NCBI GenBank assembly: GCA_024704765.1
Contig: JAKMXF010000011.1
Span: 479,557 to 543,556, forward strand
Direction of reading: 5' to 3'
From: Oopsacas minuta
Taxonomy: Eukaryota > Animalia > Porifera
DNA length: 64,000 nt
Position numbers and translations under genes: made by a program. Shown here one piece after another: positions 36,078 to 48,951 of the stretch; position 1 is the stretch's first letter; the number at the start of each line of letters is the position of its first letter. The notes under the pieces were generated by a model. That model did not search any database. It was given only the letters and a program-made list of their open reading frames with translations, and was not told the DNA's origin.

Positions 36078-38150
36078 CTAGCTGAATATACGTATCCACT
36101 TTATGATCGGCCGTCTACACTTATGACACTCCTTCAGCTGTTCAGCACAAACCTTACAAGACACGTGACCACAAGGGTCAAAGGCTACCCGGAACCTTTC
36201 TTTATAGCTCTCACAACAAATATCGCATTCATCTTCTTCCTTCGGTTGGAGAGATTCTGTAGGTGAAATGTGAGGAGGAGGAGCAGGCGGGAGAGAATGG
36301 GTTAGATTGGGGGGCAATGGAACTGGGATATCATCTATAGCTGGAGGATAGGATATTCTTGGATTAACTGGTATATGAGTTTGGTCAATCAAATTGTGAT
36401 TTCCTTGTACCCTCAGGCGTCTCTCGAGAGCGAATGGAGCAAGAGGATTAAAATTTGTAACTTCTCCATTACAGGTGTAGCATCGAGAGCCGTCTATAGA
36501 ATGCACTATACAGTAGGTAACATGACCACATGGCGTATTCATAAACTCAGCCATCAAATTACAAAGTGTACAGTCAGGAAGTTGAGGGGGAGCTTTGTCC
36601 TCACAGTAACGTCTGACGTCAGGACTTAGCTCAGAGAGAGCTGATACTCCGCTAATATTCTTCTTCAGGTAACGCACACGTTTCTGAAGGAGATAGCAAC
36701 ACAGGGCAATTCTGATATGAGAGCCATATTGCTGTTCTACCTCCTTGAATACAGCCTGTAGTGTAGTAGCATGTCGGAGTAGAGAAAGGTCGTAGTTATC
36801 ACAGTTAGAATTAAATAAAATATGTAAAGCATTATTACCAAAGCTGTCAGTAGAGTATGCGTCACAACCTTTCTCAGATATTGCATCTAGCATATGGAAT
36901 TTCTTCTCGTAGACAGCAAATAGGAAAGGTGTTAGCTTAATGTTACTGTCTCTCTGTTCCAGATTAACGATAGGACATCCTAGTATCAGTACTAGACAGT
37001 CGAAATGATCTCTGAGTATAGCTAGATGCAGTGGTGTCAGTCCGTCATATTGCCCTCGCTTAACTTTGATATTAACCAGGTTCGGTCTCTTTTGGAGGAG
37101 ATAACCAACTACTTTACTACTATTCTGGAGGATACCGACATGCAGTGGAAGTAACCCAGTACCGTCACATAGCTCTGGATCAGCTCCGGCATCCAACAGA
37201 TTCATAACAGTATTTAGGTTAGAGACACGAGCAGCTATGTGTAAGGCAGTTTCCTGTGTGTAACTGTCTCTAATCTTAACATTACACTTCTGAGACTGAA
37301 TCAGCTCAGTAGTAATCTCATTAAGGTTACGTTCTATTGCTAACAATAGCGGATATTTGTTGTTAAGTTTCCCAGGGTCATTAGGCTTAGCTCCTGCCTC
37401 AATCAAATGGCGTACACACATTGGGTTAGGAAACACTTCACAGCAATACATGAGGGGAGTCTTGCCCTGTAAGTCAGGTTGATTAGGGTCCACACCTTGA
37501 CCCAAGAGGTAAGACACAATCTCGTCATTACCAGCATTGCAGGCTATGTGTAATGCATTCATTCCATTCACACACTCTGTCAGGAGTTGAGGGCTTGCTT
37601 GGCTGATAGCTTTAACACGATCTAGGTCTCCGTTAGCTACAGCAGTGGATAATGATTCTGGTCCGTATTGGACGGGTGCAGGGGCAGGAACTGGTCCCTC
37701 TCGTGAATTTGGTGGGCCAATTGGTATCAGAGCGTTAGGATTAAACGTCCAACTGCTTCCGGCTACTTCAACTCGTAAATCTCCATCCGCGAATACTCGC
37801 TTCACCTCTCCGTCTTGTCCGATGGTATTAGACATTGCATCCACCCAACCTCCGTGATCTCTCTGTAACTCTTTCGTTCTCCTCTCGTCATCCAGAACCT
37901 TGACCCTATCTCCGACTTGAAATGGCATAACTCGAGTTAGGATTATCGGATTGAATGCCCAGCATTCTCCCGGTTCATATTCTACATCTACTGTGTGATA
38001 ACCTACTGACGTGATCTTACCGATTCTACCCATACACCGCGCCATTTCGGGACGCCATCCGCCATAACTCTCTTGCAGCTGTTGAACAGTGTCCACATCT
38101 AGTAGAATAGACACTCGCTCATTTACTTGCCAACCATGTAACTCTGTCAT
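36078..38150 (-). CDS. Mind bomb-like E3 ubiquitin ligase: 2 MIB REP (SH3-like) repeats, ankyrin repeats, 2 RING fingers; lacks the MZM region
   Basis: FQVGDRVKVLDDERRTKELQRDHGGWVDAM...GDLRVEVAGSSWTFNP is the MIB repeat. About 8 ankyrin repeats (NALHIAC, TALHIAA, TPLHLAI). C-terminal CDICCESYKERFRVAFDPCGHVSCKVCAEQLKECHKCRRPI. Confidence 0.9.
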   Translation of the reverse strand: MTELHGWQVNERVSILLDVDTVQQLQESYGGWRPEMARCMGRIGKITSVGYHTVDVEYEPGECWAFNPIILTRVMPFQVGDRVKVLDDERRTKELQRDHGGWVDAMSNTIGQDGEVKRVFADGDLRVEVAGSSWTFNPNALIPIGPPNSREGPVPAPAPVQYGPESLSTAVANGDLDRVKAISQASPQLLTECVNGMNALHIACNAGNDEIVSYLLGQGVDPNQPDLQGKTPLMYCCEVFPNPMCVRHLIEAGAKPNDPGKLNNKYPLLLAIERNLNEITTELIQSQKCNVKIRDSYTQETALHIAARVSNLNTVMNLLDAGADPELCDGTGLLPLHVGILQNSSKVVGYLLQKRPNLVNIKVKRGQYDGLTPLHLAILRDHFDCLVLILGCPIVNLEQRDSNIKLTPFLFAVYEKKFHMLDAISEKGCDAYSTDSFGNNALHILFNSNCDNYDLSLLRHATTLQAVFKEVEQQYGSHIRIALCCYLLQKRVRYLKKNISGVSALSELSPDVRRYCEDKAPPQLPDCTLCNLMAEFMNTPCGHVTYCIVHSIDGSRCYTCNGEVTNFNPLAPFALERRLRVQGNHNLIDQTHIPVNPRISYPPAIDDIPVPLPPNLTHSLPPAPPPHISPTESLQPKEEDECDICCESYKERFRVAFDPCGHVSCKVCAEQLKECHKCRRPIIKWIRIFS

Positions 38151-39485
38151 TGGTTGAATACCAACAAGTGTTTATAACTGGATTGCGAAAAATACAACTG
38201 ATAACTCGAATAAGTAAATCTGTTTTGAATCAGTTGTACAAAACTAATAGAAAATAGTCATATGTAAAGTTTGAATAAGATCTAAATGATATCAATCAAT
38301 TAGAAATTATGTTCTGCATTTATCCTATTCATAACTTATTTGGATTTTCTATTTGATGCCATTAATAACTATAGGTAATAGTCTTCCTGTATGTATCCAA
38401 TATGATTGGCTCAGTAAATATTTTCCAGTAAAGACTAAAGAATTAGTTTGGAATAGCCAGGATAGTGAATTATTACATCAGCTAGTGGAAAATATTTACC
38501 ACTGGAGAGCATTGTGCCTCTCAGATATGGACCACCATTGGGAGAGGATCAGCCTCTACAAATTTGTACACGTAAGGTAAATTTGAATGTATAATTGTAT
38601 ATACATACTAGTTAAGACAATTCCAACCCTCCAAATGGAATAGCGTGTGAGGATACAGTCCAGATAATAAATAAATTAAGCGCTTGTTAATTGTTAGAGC
38701 ATTTTTGAAATTATTGAAAATGTTTTTTCTAGATTCCACATAAGGAATGATATGACAGACTTGAACATTTTCTGAAATATTTTATTGGACTGTATACAAA
38801 ATGGTTCAATGTTTAGAGGCATACCTGACGTTTAGGAGTCACCATTTAAGAATTCCTGATCTACCCCCAATAATTATATCTCGTTCCTACGTACCATGCC
38901 AGTCGTGTGCTACCCGGAATATTTCGGCCGAGAGCACTGCTATTAACATTGAATGCTTTTACTGTGGTCATAGGCGCCGAACCCGGGGCTCCTCGTTTGG
39001 TTTCAGACCCATAGAGCTAATACAAAAATTATGAGTGCGCCCCTTGGATCGTTCAAATTGTTGCAAAGTTCGGCGCCCCTGCTGTGAGCAGGGTGTTGTT
39101 ATGCAGGTGTATGCCCCTAAGAACCTGGATGAAACCCTGGCTGTGGGCAATAAAATATCTAAACATACGTCCGATCCCAATTGACCTATTTCAGTAATTT
39201 ATCCTATTATACGTATAGACATATAACTAATATTAGTATTCATGTTAATTAGTGGTTAGAATTGCTTCATAATATTAATCCAGATAAGATAAGTGACAAA
39301 TATAATTGCTTGGTATAAAGTTTATTTAATGATATTACCATAAACAGAACCACACAAATATTGTTATTTACTCAGGTTAATCGGGCCAACACCTTTATTC
39401 CGCCTAATCGGTTCATAATGGCCTGGTCCAAATGTGACCCTATTAAGCGGAGTCTACTCTATATATATACGTGTGTAACATATAG

Positions 39486-39660
39486 CGAATTGTCCGGTAA
39501 TGAGGTGCCCATATAGTGAAGTGTCCATATAGTGAAGTGTCCATATAGTGAAGTGTCCATATAGTGAAGTATCCATTTAGTGTATCGTCAGTGCAGTGAA
39601 GTGTCTGTGCAATGAAGTGTCCATTTAGTTAAGTGTCTGCAGCGAAGTGTCCCTGTGTCC
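39486..39660. repeat. 16-bp minisatellite (GAAGTGTCCATATAGT) degenerating toward both ends
   Basis: At least 4 near-perfect head-to-tail units at about 39508-39575, plus degenerate GAAGTGTC motifs. Confidence 0.85.
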
Positions 39661-42600
39661 GTGTGGAACAGGTGTTGATATTATACAATAATAATTTCGT
39701 ACATATTTCGAGCCAATTATTCAAAATTGATTCCTATTTTGCGACATCTACAGCGGTAGATCTCAACATGTTCCTTAGAATACATTATGCATATAATATG
39801 GAATATCTTGAATTGAATACTAAACTCAGAGAAATTAGTAAACAATTCAATTTGTCTGCTCTATGGCTTAAAACTCAAATAATTCAGGTGATTTGCTTTG
39901 TTGGAAATTAACCACTCAACCTATTAATAGCCAAATCATAGCAAACCAGTAAACACCACAGAAACACTTTGGTAAACCATTGATCAACATTCACTACCAA
40001 AGGAATGTGAGAGATCTGATAACGGGTGCAACTCTATAGCTACCAGTTACTGGTTAATACATCCACAGAGAAAATGAATGTAATACTGTTCCGATGAGAA
40101 TACGGTGGTATAAAAGTATTAATGTGGTTTAAACATCAAGAACCTGGTTTGATCGACTATATTTGTTATTACGAACAGTTCATCATCATGTATGTATCCG
40201 TACCTCCTTCATTACTAGATGATTGCCCGTATATATTGCAATATAGCGTACAGCAAATACGAGCAATCATCTTGTATAGTATTTCAATTCATCGAACAAA
40301 TGATAAATCACCAAGTTATGAAATTAATGGAACAGATTTTATTGTATCCGTTTTGAAATTATGACCAAGTGTATCGAGTGAGTGATAAATATTTTCAGAG
40401 TTATCTATAAACGATAATTACAGCGAGCACATGTTAGCAGGTATGTTCATTCAGTAGAAATCTTAACATTAAGGTATATACAATATATACGTAAATTAGA
40501 TTTCATAGAGATCAATTAATAATTATTTAATCAAAGGAATTCTTAAGCTAAGCTAAATAGAGAATTCTCATCACATATAAATGAATAAATCAGAAAATTG
40601 GAAAAGTGCTAGAGGTACTGCCGTACTGGACATCCTTTGTAATAGCACTCTAGGGGCGACGGAAGCTCCTCTAGGCGCATGATTTTGACGATATTATAGT
40701 TAGGAGCGTGAAATCGAGGATCTTCCCCTATATCGTAACGCTAATTTATTGATTAAGAGTATGAAAATTTGAGAGGAAGGGCGATAGGAGCGTGCTCTGA
40801 AATCCCTCTATAACCCCTTAACAGCATTATAATGAATTCTATAGATAGAAGAGTAGAAATCATTCTTCACCTCGACTTTGTCTCACTTTATTATTTGTCA
40901 AATTTTACGAAAAAAACCAATTTGTTTTACTCGATATTCTCTTATAAAATATTAGTCAGATATTTTACTCTTCGGGCCTTTTATCTTATCAATTATATTT
41001 TTTATCTGAGAAAATAGTATTGATAATATGTTGTCTTTTATGACGCACGTATTGGCGATATATAATTCAATAATTTCACTTTCCTATGATTAGTCTATTT
41101 TTGTTGCACACTTTGTGGTTGTTTGGGTTGTGAATTATGCTCTCACAGAATCAAAGACACAAACAATAGAACTATACGAAGAAATACCGCTATAATTATA
41201 TATCTTGCCAGGTGGTGTAGAGATAATATATTGCTTATAGATTCATATTTGCTCTAAGAATCAGCTTTTTTTATTCTGAATCTGACTGTTAATAAGAAAT
41301 GTATACAGGAACAGTGGAAGCAAAATTATATTAGGACTGAAATATGGTCAAAACGACAACCCACAGAATATTTTCTTGCTGTTCCATGATAGGATTCACA
41401 ATAAAACATTGCTAAACTAAATTATGAGAGTCAGTAGATAACATATACATGTACTAGTGAGGACAAGTTGATTTATGTATATTTGGCTATATGATAAGTA
41501 TATATCTATATCTATAGTGGGTGACGAAAATTCGTCGAATAATAAAGTATCAGGAATTGTATTTTCAAGGTACTTTTCTCGTTCTTAACTTGTTTATTTT
41601 TTAGACTTTGCTGGGATTTGTTATCGCCCTGACCTTCAAATTATGAGATTCTATGAAGAATATATTACACCTTTGACATAGCGATCGAGAGGTAAAGGTG
41701 AATATTATATCCAGTTCGACGATTCTTCTGTTCGACCAAATTCCTTTGACGATGTTTCCTTTCGACGAAACTCGTGAATCATCTATAGTAAATGTAAACT
41801 GAAATTCGAATTTAGATGCAACGCATTTAACAAGTAATTCGAACTAATGGCTATGAAAATATAGATCACTTGTCACATGAATAATGCGTGTAGTTGACTT
41901 AAAGTTGAGATAGAAATGATTATAGGCTAAATTTAGCAATCTTGGGTGATAAATATAGTACTACGCATTAAACTGTGGTTTTCCAAATAATAACAAACGA
42001 ATATCGTTTGATAATTCGAATGAAGATTGAATATTGGCATATTCGGTTAGCCCTAACTAACTAAATGCACAGTGACAGGAATTCAGTAATCAGTATGCTG
42101 ACACGAATTAAGTATCGCTATGAACTTATCCAGGAGAAATGTATAGTGGTACTTAAATGCACACTTGTTTGCAAAATTATATCAATAATAGCGGTCTGTA
42201 ATCCAAGTTCGTTAATTACAGAGTTTTTGTAATAAAATATCTATTTGAGCGGGATTAGTTCAACTGGAGTTGTTATGAGCAGACTTCGTTATAACGGGCT
42301 GAAATTCAATAGCTTTTGGCCTAAAGGTGGATAAGTAACTTTGTTATAAGCGGAGATTCGTTGTATCCGACTTGGTTATAACGAGAGTTTACTGTAGTTG
42401 TCAATTGGAAAAGCTCGCACGTATGTCGTATTTTATATTTAAGCTACACGAAGTTGTTCTTAATTAATGCCATATGGTGGTATACAGTGTAAAGCTTCTA
42501 TTATAATTACGAATGTATTATACTTCGAATAAAATCTAGCAAAGCCAATCAATCACCGCTAGATTCCATTATACACTCAGTTATTCTGGTTCAATAACAA

Positions 42601-43141
42601 TCAACTGATAGTTAAGTAGTTAGGGTTTGTTCATATTAAGTAATTAAGCAAATTAAATTGGAGACTGATTATTTTGATAAGAAATTATGTATTTATGAGA
42701 AAACGCTGTGACTAATAGTAGGGGACAGTTCAGCTAATTCAGGGAAAATCTGTCTCAAAAAGTTCCAAAACGGTCAGAGACTCCATGGAAATTCATGATA
42801 GCTCATTTCTGGTAAAATTTCTACCCACATTGATATTTTTATCAAATAAAGTGTAATAGAATAGAAGTTCAAAAGAGAGAGAGAATAGGGTATTTGAATC
42901 ATTTATTGACATGTAATCGGGTGAAACAGAAAGATAGAGAGGAAATCGAGATATAAAACTCAACATATACACCAACTAAACTTCTATTCTAAAATTTCTA
43001 TGTAGATTGTGTACATGTGAAAATAAACCCAAGAATAACGAATATATACAAATGAACAAAATATGAAAAGTGAATAGCTCTAAATATCTACAGTAAGGAG
43101 TGAAGAGAGTAGATTTAGGCTTCCACTAATTCGGATATAAT

Positions 43142-44644
43142 TTAGTTAAGACCAACCAACTTAACAATAAATATCATATCAGTTTCAGGAGGGATTTCTG
43201 GGTGACAACTTTTGCTGCCGTATATATTACTTGATGGAATTACAATTTTTCGCGTTCCTCCAACTCGCATGTCTTCCAAGCCAGCGTCCCAGCCATGTAT
43301 AACCTCGCCCATACCGAGACGGAAAGAGAAAGGCATTTTAGCAGTCAAATTTGAATCTATAACTTTCTTGAGTTGTACTACTACCCCAATGTATCGCACA
43401 AACACTCTCTGTCCTTTCTGTGCGCGTTTGCCTTGTCCGAAATTGATATCCTCAACAAGAGTTTTGTTGTCTGTTCTCTTCTCGCTGGTTCTGCTACAGT
43501 GCTCGAGTGCTAACGTAAGGAACGGGTGGTTGTCAGATATACCTGAATGGGGTGCGATCGTGCATGGAGCAGGGGAGGTGTGAGTTTTCGCGTTTTGATA
43601 TGGATTCTCAGCGATAGAATTGCCAACACCAGGGAGCGACTTGACTGAGATATTACTCTTGCCTATAGCTGTAGATATAACCGCGTGGAAAGGAGAAGCT
43701 GTAATGAATACAGCTTGTGGGAATGTAGCTTGTGGAGCTTCTAGTTGTATTTTCCGTGCATGTAGATCTTCACTGTTATTATGTAATGATACTCTAGCTA
43801 GCATAGGATTATGTGCAGGATTAGGAGAGGAAGGAAGGGATTGTGAATTGTTACGTGAGATAGAAGTACAGAGAATATCCTCCAATTCAGAAGAGGTACT
43901 GTTCTTAGTTGTATGACTCCTGATTTCAGGAGATGAAGTAGGGTCGAGAAATACGTTTCCTGGCTCAGATCCTTCGCTGATAGAATTAGAGTTAGAATCT
44001 ATGGAGTTGTGTAGTTTTGCTGGAGTATCTGTCATGGACTCGTTCACTTCAGGAGTACAACTATTCACAAGTCTCTCCTCTTCTCTCTCGATCATTATCT
44101 TTCCAAACTTAGCTTCTAGGGCTGTGTCAGAGACGCTCGTTCTCTTCCGACTTTTCGAAACGGAATAGGTAGATTTTTCCCTAAGAATAGCAGTGTCTGG
44201 TGGATCGATTAATGGGGCAATCATTCCAGAGCCTGGAATGCTGGATATTTCATCTGATTCTGAATGGATTCTACATTTGATGAGTTGATCGAATCCAGAC
44301 AATCTTCTCGGTTCAAAATCTTCAGAAACTGATGGTGTTCTCCGATAGAGAGTCTCTTTAGTGAATCCACTCAAATGAACTTCATAAGGACCATCAACAC
44401 AGAATTTGATGTCACTTCCAGCTGAAAATTCTAAGTTAAGAGCTACCTGTGGTGATTTGGAGGGATGTAGTCGACAGATGCAATAGGTCTGTTTGCTATA
44501 GTCTAAATTAACTCGAGAAATTTCTGGTTTACTGTCTTCTTCCAATTGTTGTTCGTCTGCTAGAACAGCCATCGTTATTTTGAACGGTTTAGACACGACC
44601 TGAGGATATTCTTGACCTGGCTTTAAAATCATTCCCCAAAACAT
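43142..44644 (-). CDS. Nucleoplasmin-like (NPL) domain + FKBP-type PPIase (FKBP39/Fpr3-4/FKBP53 type), intronless, 500 aa
   Basis: N-terminus MFWGMILKPGQEY...FKITMAVL...LNLEFSAGSDIKFCVDGPYEVHLSGF is an NPL domain. C-terminus GQRVFVRYIG...PFSFRLGMGEVIHGWDAGLEDMRVGGTRKIVIP...YG...IPPETDMIFIVKL is an FKBP domain. Confidence 0.9.
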   Translation of the reverse strand: MFWGMILKPGQEYPQVVSKPFKITMAVLADEQQLEEDSKPEISRVNLDYSKQTYCICRLHPSKSPQVALNLEFSAGSDIKFCVDGPYEVHLSGFTKETLYRRTPSVSEDFEPRRLSGFDQLIKCRIHSESDEISSIPGSGMIAPLIDPPDTAILREKSTYSVSKSRKRTSVSDTALEAKFGKIMIEREEERLVNSCTPEVNESMTDTPAKLHNSIDSNSNSISEGSEPGNVFLDPTSSPEIRSHTTKNSTSSELEDILCTSISRNNSQSLPSSPNPAHNPMLARVSLHNNSEDLHARKIQLEAPQATFPQAVFITASPFHAVISTAIGKSNISVKSLPGVGNSIAENPYQNAKTHTSPAPCTIAPHSGISDNHPFLTLALEHCSRTSEKRTDNKTLVEDINFGQGKRAQKGQRVFVRYIGVVVQLKKVIDSNLTAKMPFSFRLGMGEVIHGWDAGLEDMRVGGTRKIVIPSSNIYGSKSCHPEIPPETDMIFIVKLVGLN

Positions 44645-46334
44645 TTTTCAATTTGTAAATAATGTGATATAAATAAGTGAGGTTGATTACCTTGTGTGTT
44701 GATTAGAAAATGCAATTGTAGATTCTTGATTTACATTAGCTTGTTTTGCTAGAACATAACTGAGAAAGGACAAACTCGAATAAATAACAAAGATTCTTAT
44801 ATCTATTTGTATATATAGCATAATATAATTCCTACATTAATCATTTGTTCCTGTAAGTAAGCAACCACTTGATAACCTCAGTTACATAACACAAAAGCCA
44901 CAAGATGAAGTAATAATTAATTATATTTCAATTGTGTAGATAATAACTTTGATGTGTGGAGTGATTCCCACCTGGAAATTTGAATATGTATGACTGAATT
45001 AGAATTCGATATTTTGGAAGATAAGCAGCATTTGCTAGTATTGCAATAATAAAATTATTAATTAATTTACCATATATCATCTGCTCCAAGGTTTACGCCA
45101 AGGAAGTACAGTCTAGATTAAAATGTGTTAAAGAAATGGATAACCTAGTGGTTAGTATTGTGTTTGATAGTGTCGGAGATCTGCAATAGAATATAAAGCT
45201 TCTTAATGAGCCTAACTTACTGAGGTTAGATTGCCTTCAAAATGTCGAGCACATTAAGCCAGCTATATTAATCAATATTTGTGTGTTGTATTTGATAAAA
45301 TCAACAGAAAACGCAATTGAGCTGGGTGTAACTAATTGTAATAATAATATGCGAAGAAACCCGAAAATCATATTATCCGTCTGTATGGCAACCATTTCGT
45401 GGGAAAGAAGCGAAATAAAGTAATATAATTTGAATATCAATCAACATTCCTCTACCTATGTAACTTGGATTATGTGAATTGCAACCATAATAGATATTCA
45501 CTACTCGTATTACTCAATTCATTAAAATATATTAACCAAATACAAACATGGTTTTCACCAGCACGTGAAAAACCTTAATTATTACTAATTTTCTAATTTA
45601 TTAAATATACCCAGAAAATACTAAGTGGATACATCCAGTAAAAACAAGGTAAGATCAAATGTTAAGACTACACAATCTTAGTAATGATACTAGCCTTTTA
45701 CTAGGATAATTAATGGTTTGGACAATCCATTTGGAATGCATTTGGTCATCGAGTAGTGGCGTGGTGCTGCAGGATAATATGGTAGATTTTCTATTAAATC
45801 ATATACCAATAATACCATCTGTGAGAAATAATTTGATAAATTGCAAATTATTCAATCATTAACATATCAAAATAATATGATATTATCTCAGGAAGGAATT
45901 CACCATATGCATAGTGTAATCTCATTTTGATTAGATGGATAAGCACGGATTTTGAGTATTACTCAAATTAATATTTACTACTTTACTCCCAAAATGCAGG
46001 TTATTAACCTACAAATTGTTTACTCTAAAATGTAGCCATGTAACTAGCGATAATAGTTTTAAAGAAGATATACAGAGCAGAGTATCGATATTTTACACAA
46101 GCAGTTAAGCACGATTTAGTAGAAATATGAAAATATCGTAATAATACAACTTTTTGCTGCAAATGCTGGTCACTTAGGGTGTGTGCCATATTAACAACAT
46201 ATTTTAAAAATTTATTAAAAGTATAGCATTAGCGATACAATTTAGCATATGGTATGTGTATATATACAATCTAATTATACCCTGAACTACTTTTAATCAA
46301 ATACAAATCAGAATACAGAACAAATAAGAGTATA

Positions 46335-46493
46335 CAGTAGAACCGCGTTAATACGAATTTCGGGATAAGATGAACCAATATTTTCACAAAATCAGGTCCC
46401 TACAATTGTTATTTAATTGGTATTAATACGAACTCCGGATAAGACGAACAGATTTGACCGTCCGTTGATGTTCGTATTAACGAGGTTCCACAA
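46335..46493. mobile_element. pogo/Tigger-like MITE
   Basis: TA|CAGTAGAACCGCGTTAATACG ... CGTATTAACGAGGTTCCA. Related ends occur at about 20015, 39450, 42395, 53845 and 54120. Confidence 0.6.
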
Positions 46494-48189
46494 TACTATC
46501 TTTATCCAACGTATACAAATCTAGAGATATTTCAATTGATACGAGATCTTAGAAATTAATATTTTATTCGATAGTGGCAGAATGATCTGAATTAAAGAAT
46601 GAGCCAAATACGTACAATATGTACTTCCACATATAGCAACGATTAAAGCCACAATTATAAGAAAGTTTAATCCCTCTAAGAATCGCGAGGTTGAGTCTGG
46701 TTAAAAGCAAGAATTTATTCAGAGAGAAATATGAAAATAATCAAGGAAGTTACCAATAGAATATAATTATAAACCATAGAGCAAACATATCAGATGTATT
46801 TTGATAATATATTATTGCTAATTAAATAAACAAAGAAATGGTGCAATCTAGTGCTTATAACGACTACAAGAAGTGGTTGAATGGAATCTCTATTGAGCCT
46901 ATACCAATCCGCGCTGTTGACTGTGGTCTCAGTGGCTTGTAAGAATTGTCTTGAGGTAAAAACTGATTGGTTTTAGGCTTCTCAACATTCTTAAGTCTAC
47001 CGATAGGAAAGAAATAGAATTAGAGTTAGCGAAAGGCCTGGTAAACTGAAGCCAATATGTATTGACTAAGAACTTCAACAATATGGACCTTCAACGAGCA
47101 TATTGTTTTATCTGGGCTTCCTAGAATGTCTATAATGGTTCAAATCTAGCTTTCGAAACCGTACTGAGCATTCTCTATATTTAATTATTCATTAGTTCTA
47201 ACAAAGTTGTGTCATTTTCACTTATCAATTACACTTAACAACAATGATATGAATGTGTGAAGACTCAAGACTGAAACCTAAAAGTATTAAAGTAGTGTAT
47301 GTGAATGGAATTTGAGATAAAGGATCTAAAAACGGGAAAATTTACAGACTGCTCTCCAAATATGTAAAAACACGTATTCAGTTAGATTACGCAGCAGCCA
47401 TACAGTATTCTGTCATAAGGAAGCTCCTGATTTAAGCTATTACATGTTATTCCACACATAGCCATACTTCTAATCATGCTAGATGGATCTGGATGATGAG
47501 GGTGTGTATCATTAGTTCGAAAATAGATTTTGGGATTAGTTCAAATTGGTCAAGTTTGCATTATATCCAATGTGTTCTAAATTAAGGTAGTGCCCTGAGT
47601 AAGCGCTGATTTTTCTATGTTTATATTTTGGCATAAATATTTTGGGGATATTAAGGACAACAAGCTTATGAGCATTGAGTGCGTCTATTGAAAGCTGTAT
47701 TACCAGAATCCCATATACATTCGTAATAAAGAATACTTTTCCCATAAGAGCACATGTGCCAAGGAGAGCCGATGGAATTTCACTAATTATCCCAAAATTC
47801 TTGGATATTCTATATCCGTCAATTCTTACTCAAATTAGGACTTAAGTTAATTCAATAATTGAAAAATAAAAGTAAAATAATCAATCATATAAACTTGTCA
47901 ATAATATTGAATATATGTACACTCCATAAACAGACACATTTCCAAATGTGTCTTGAGTTTCCCAAAGTATTTATCTTGGAAACTGGGGGACACGAAACAC
48001 AAATCTGAACACTTCCAAATGATCCTGGGCTGTCCAGGCAAAACTGGACATCTGGTCACCCTAATATCGGAAGGGAGATAATTTTCGTAAAATGGAAAAT
48101 ACTTTCTGCCCAAAAACTGTACAAATACACGATAGTACAGATTACAGAATGGCGGTATAATGAATATATCTGTCCAGAAAAATGGAGTT

Positions 48190-48380
48190 CATACTTGCCA
48201 ACCTGAGTGAAGAAAAAAGCGGGACGGAAGGCACTAATTTAACTTTCTAGGAGGTGGCATATTTGTATTAGACTAAAGTACAAAAAAGCGAGACCATTTA
48301 AGTTTTTGGTTTTTGTGGGATATTAGCCTCATTGACCATCAACAAAATCGGGACGTCAAACGGGAAAATTGGCAAGTATG
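48190..48380. mobile_element. hAT (Blackjack-like) MITE
   Basis: CATACTTGCCAAC ... TTGGCAAGTATG, with a degenerate flanking repeat (GGAGTT core). Confidence 0.5.
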
Positions 48381-48951
48381 GGAGTTTTCAAGGTAATAAT
48401 ATTGGCTATACCCAGCTAGGATTTTCGACAGTTAGTTTCTCTAGTGCAGAGTAGGAATCAGGTTCTAGTTTTTCGGGACGTTCGGGTTCGATATTGATCA
48501 ATTCGAACATTGCAGTTGCACATTGTGAATTACAGTCAAATAATTCTGTTTGTTATGCAATTAATCTGTATATGTATGTGTATATATTTATACAAATGTT
48601 TGTATGAGAATTGATTGAAGAAACTGGAAGACCCCCAGGGCTTGGCATACAGTGGTACCTTTGGGTCTGGCTCGGACAATTTCGAGTCTTGGACGAAAAT
48701 TCTCACCTATAACGAAATTATGACGCTATTTTCGCCAAATAGGGGAGATGTAGAGTGGTTCACATCGAATTAAGATATCACACGCTATATCTGGACGAAA
48801 AAATGGTACTTTCTTAAAAAAAAATGAACAATTCACCTAATATTAGTGTCTTAACACCTGGACTAACAGTAATATCACGGGTACAGAGCGAAACATAAAA
48901 AATATATTATTCTTGTTACAAACTAGACACATGAAAATAAGTTCATTCAAA

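Noticed and set aside
38801-39180. GC-richer short ORFs upstream of the Mind bomb-like gene as its missing ZZ/MZM exons
   Set aside because: No MIB/HERC2 or ZZ motif was found on the minus strand; the CxxC-like text is on the wrong strand.
39486-39660. Regular 16-bp repeats as a CRISPR array
   Set aside because: The units are head-to-tail with no unique spacers, there are no cas genes, and the context is eukaryotic; this is a minisatellite or TE subterminal repeat.
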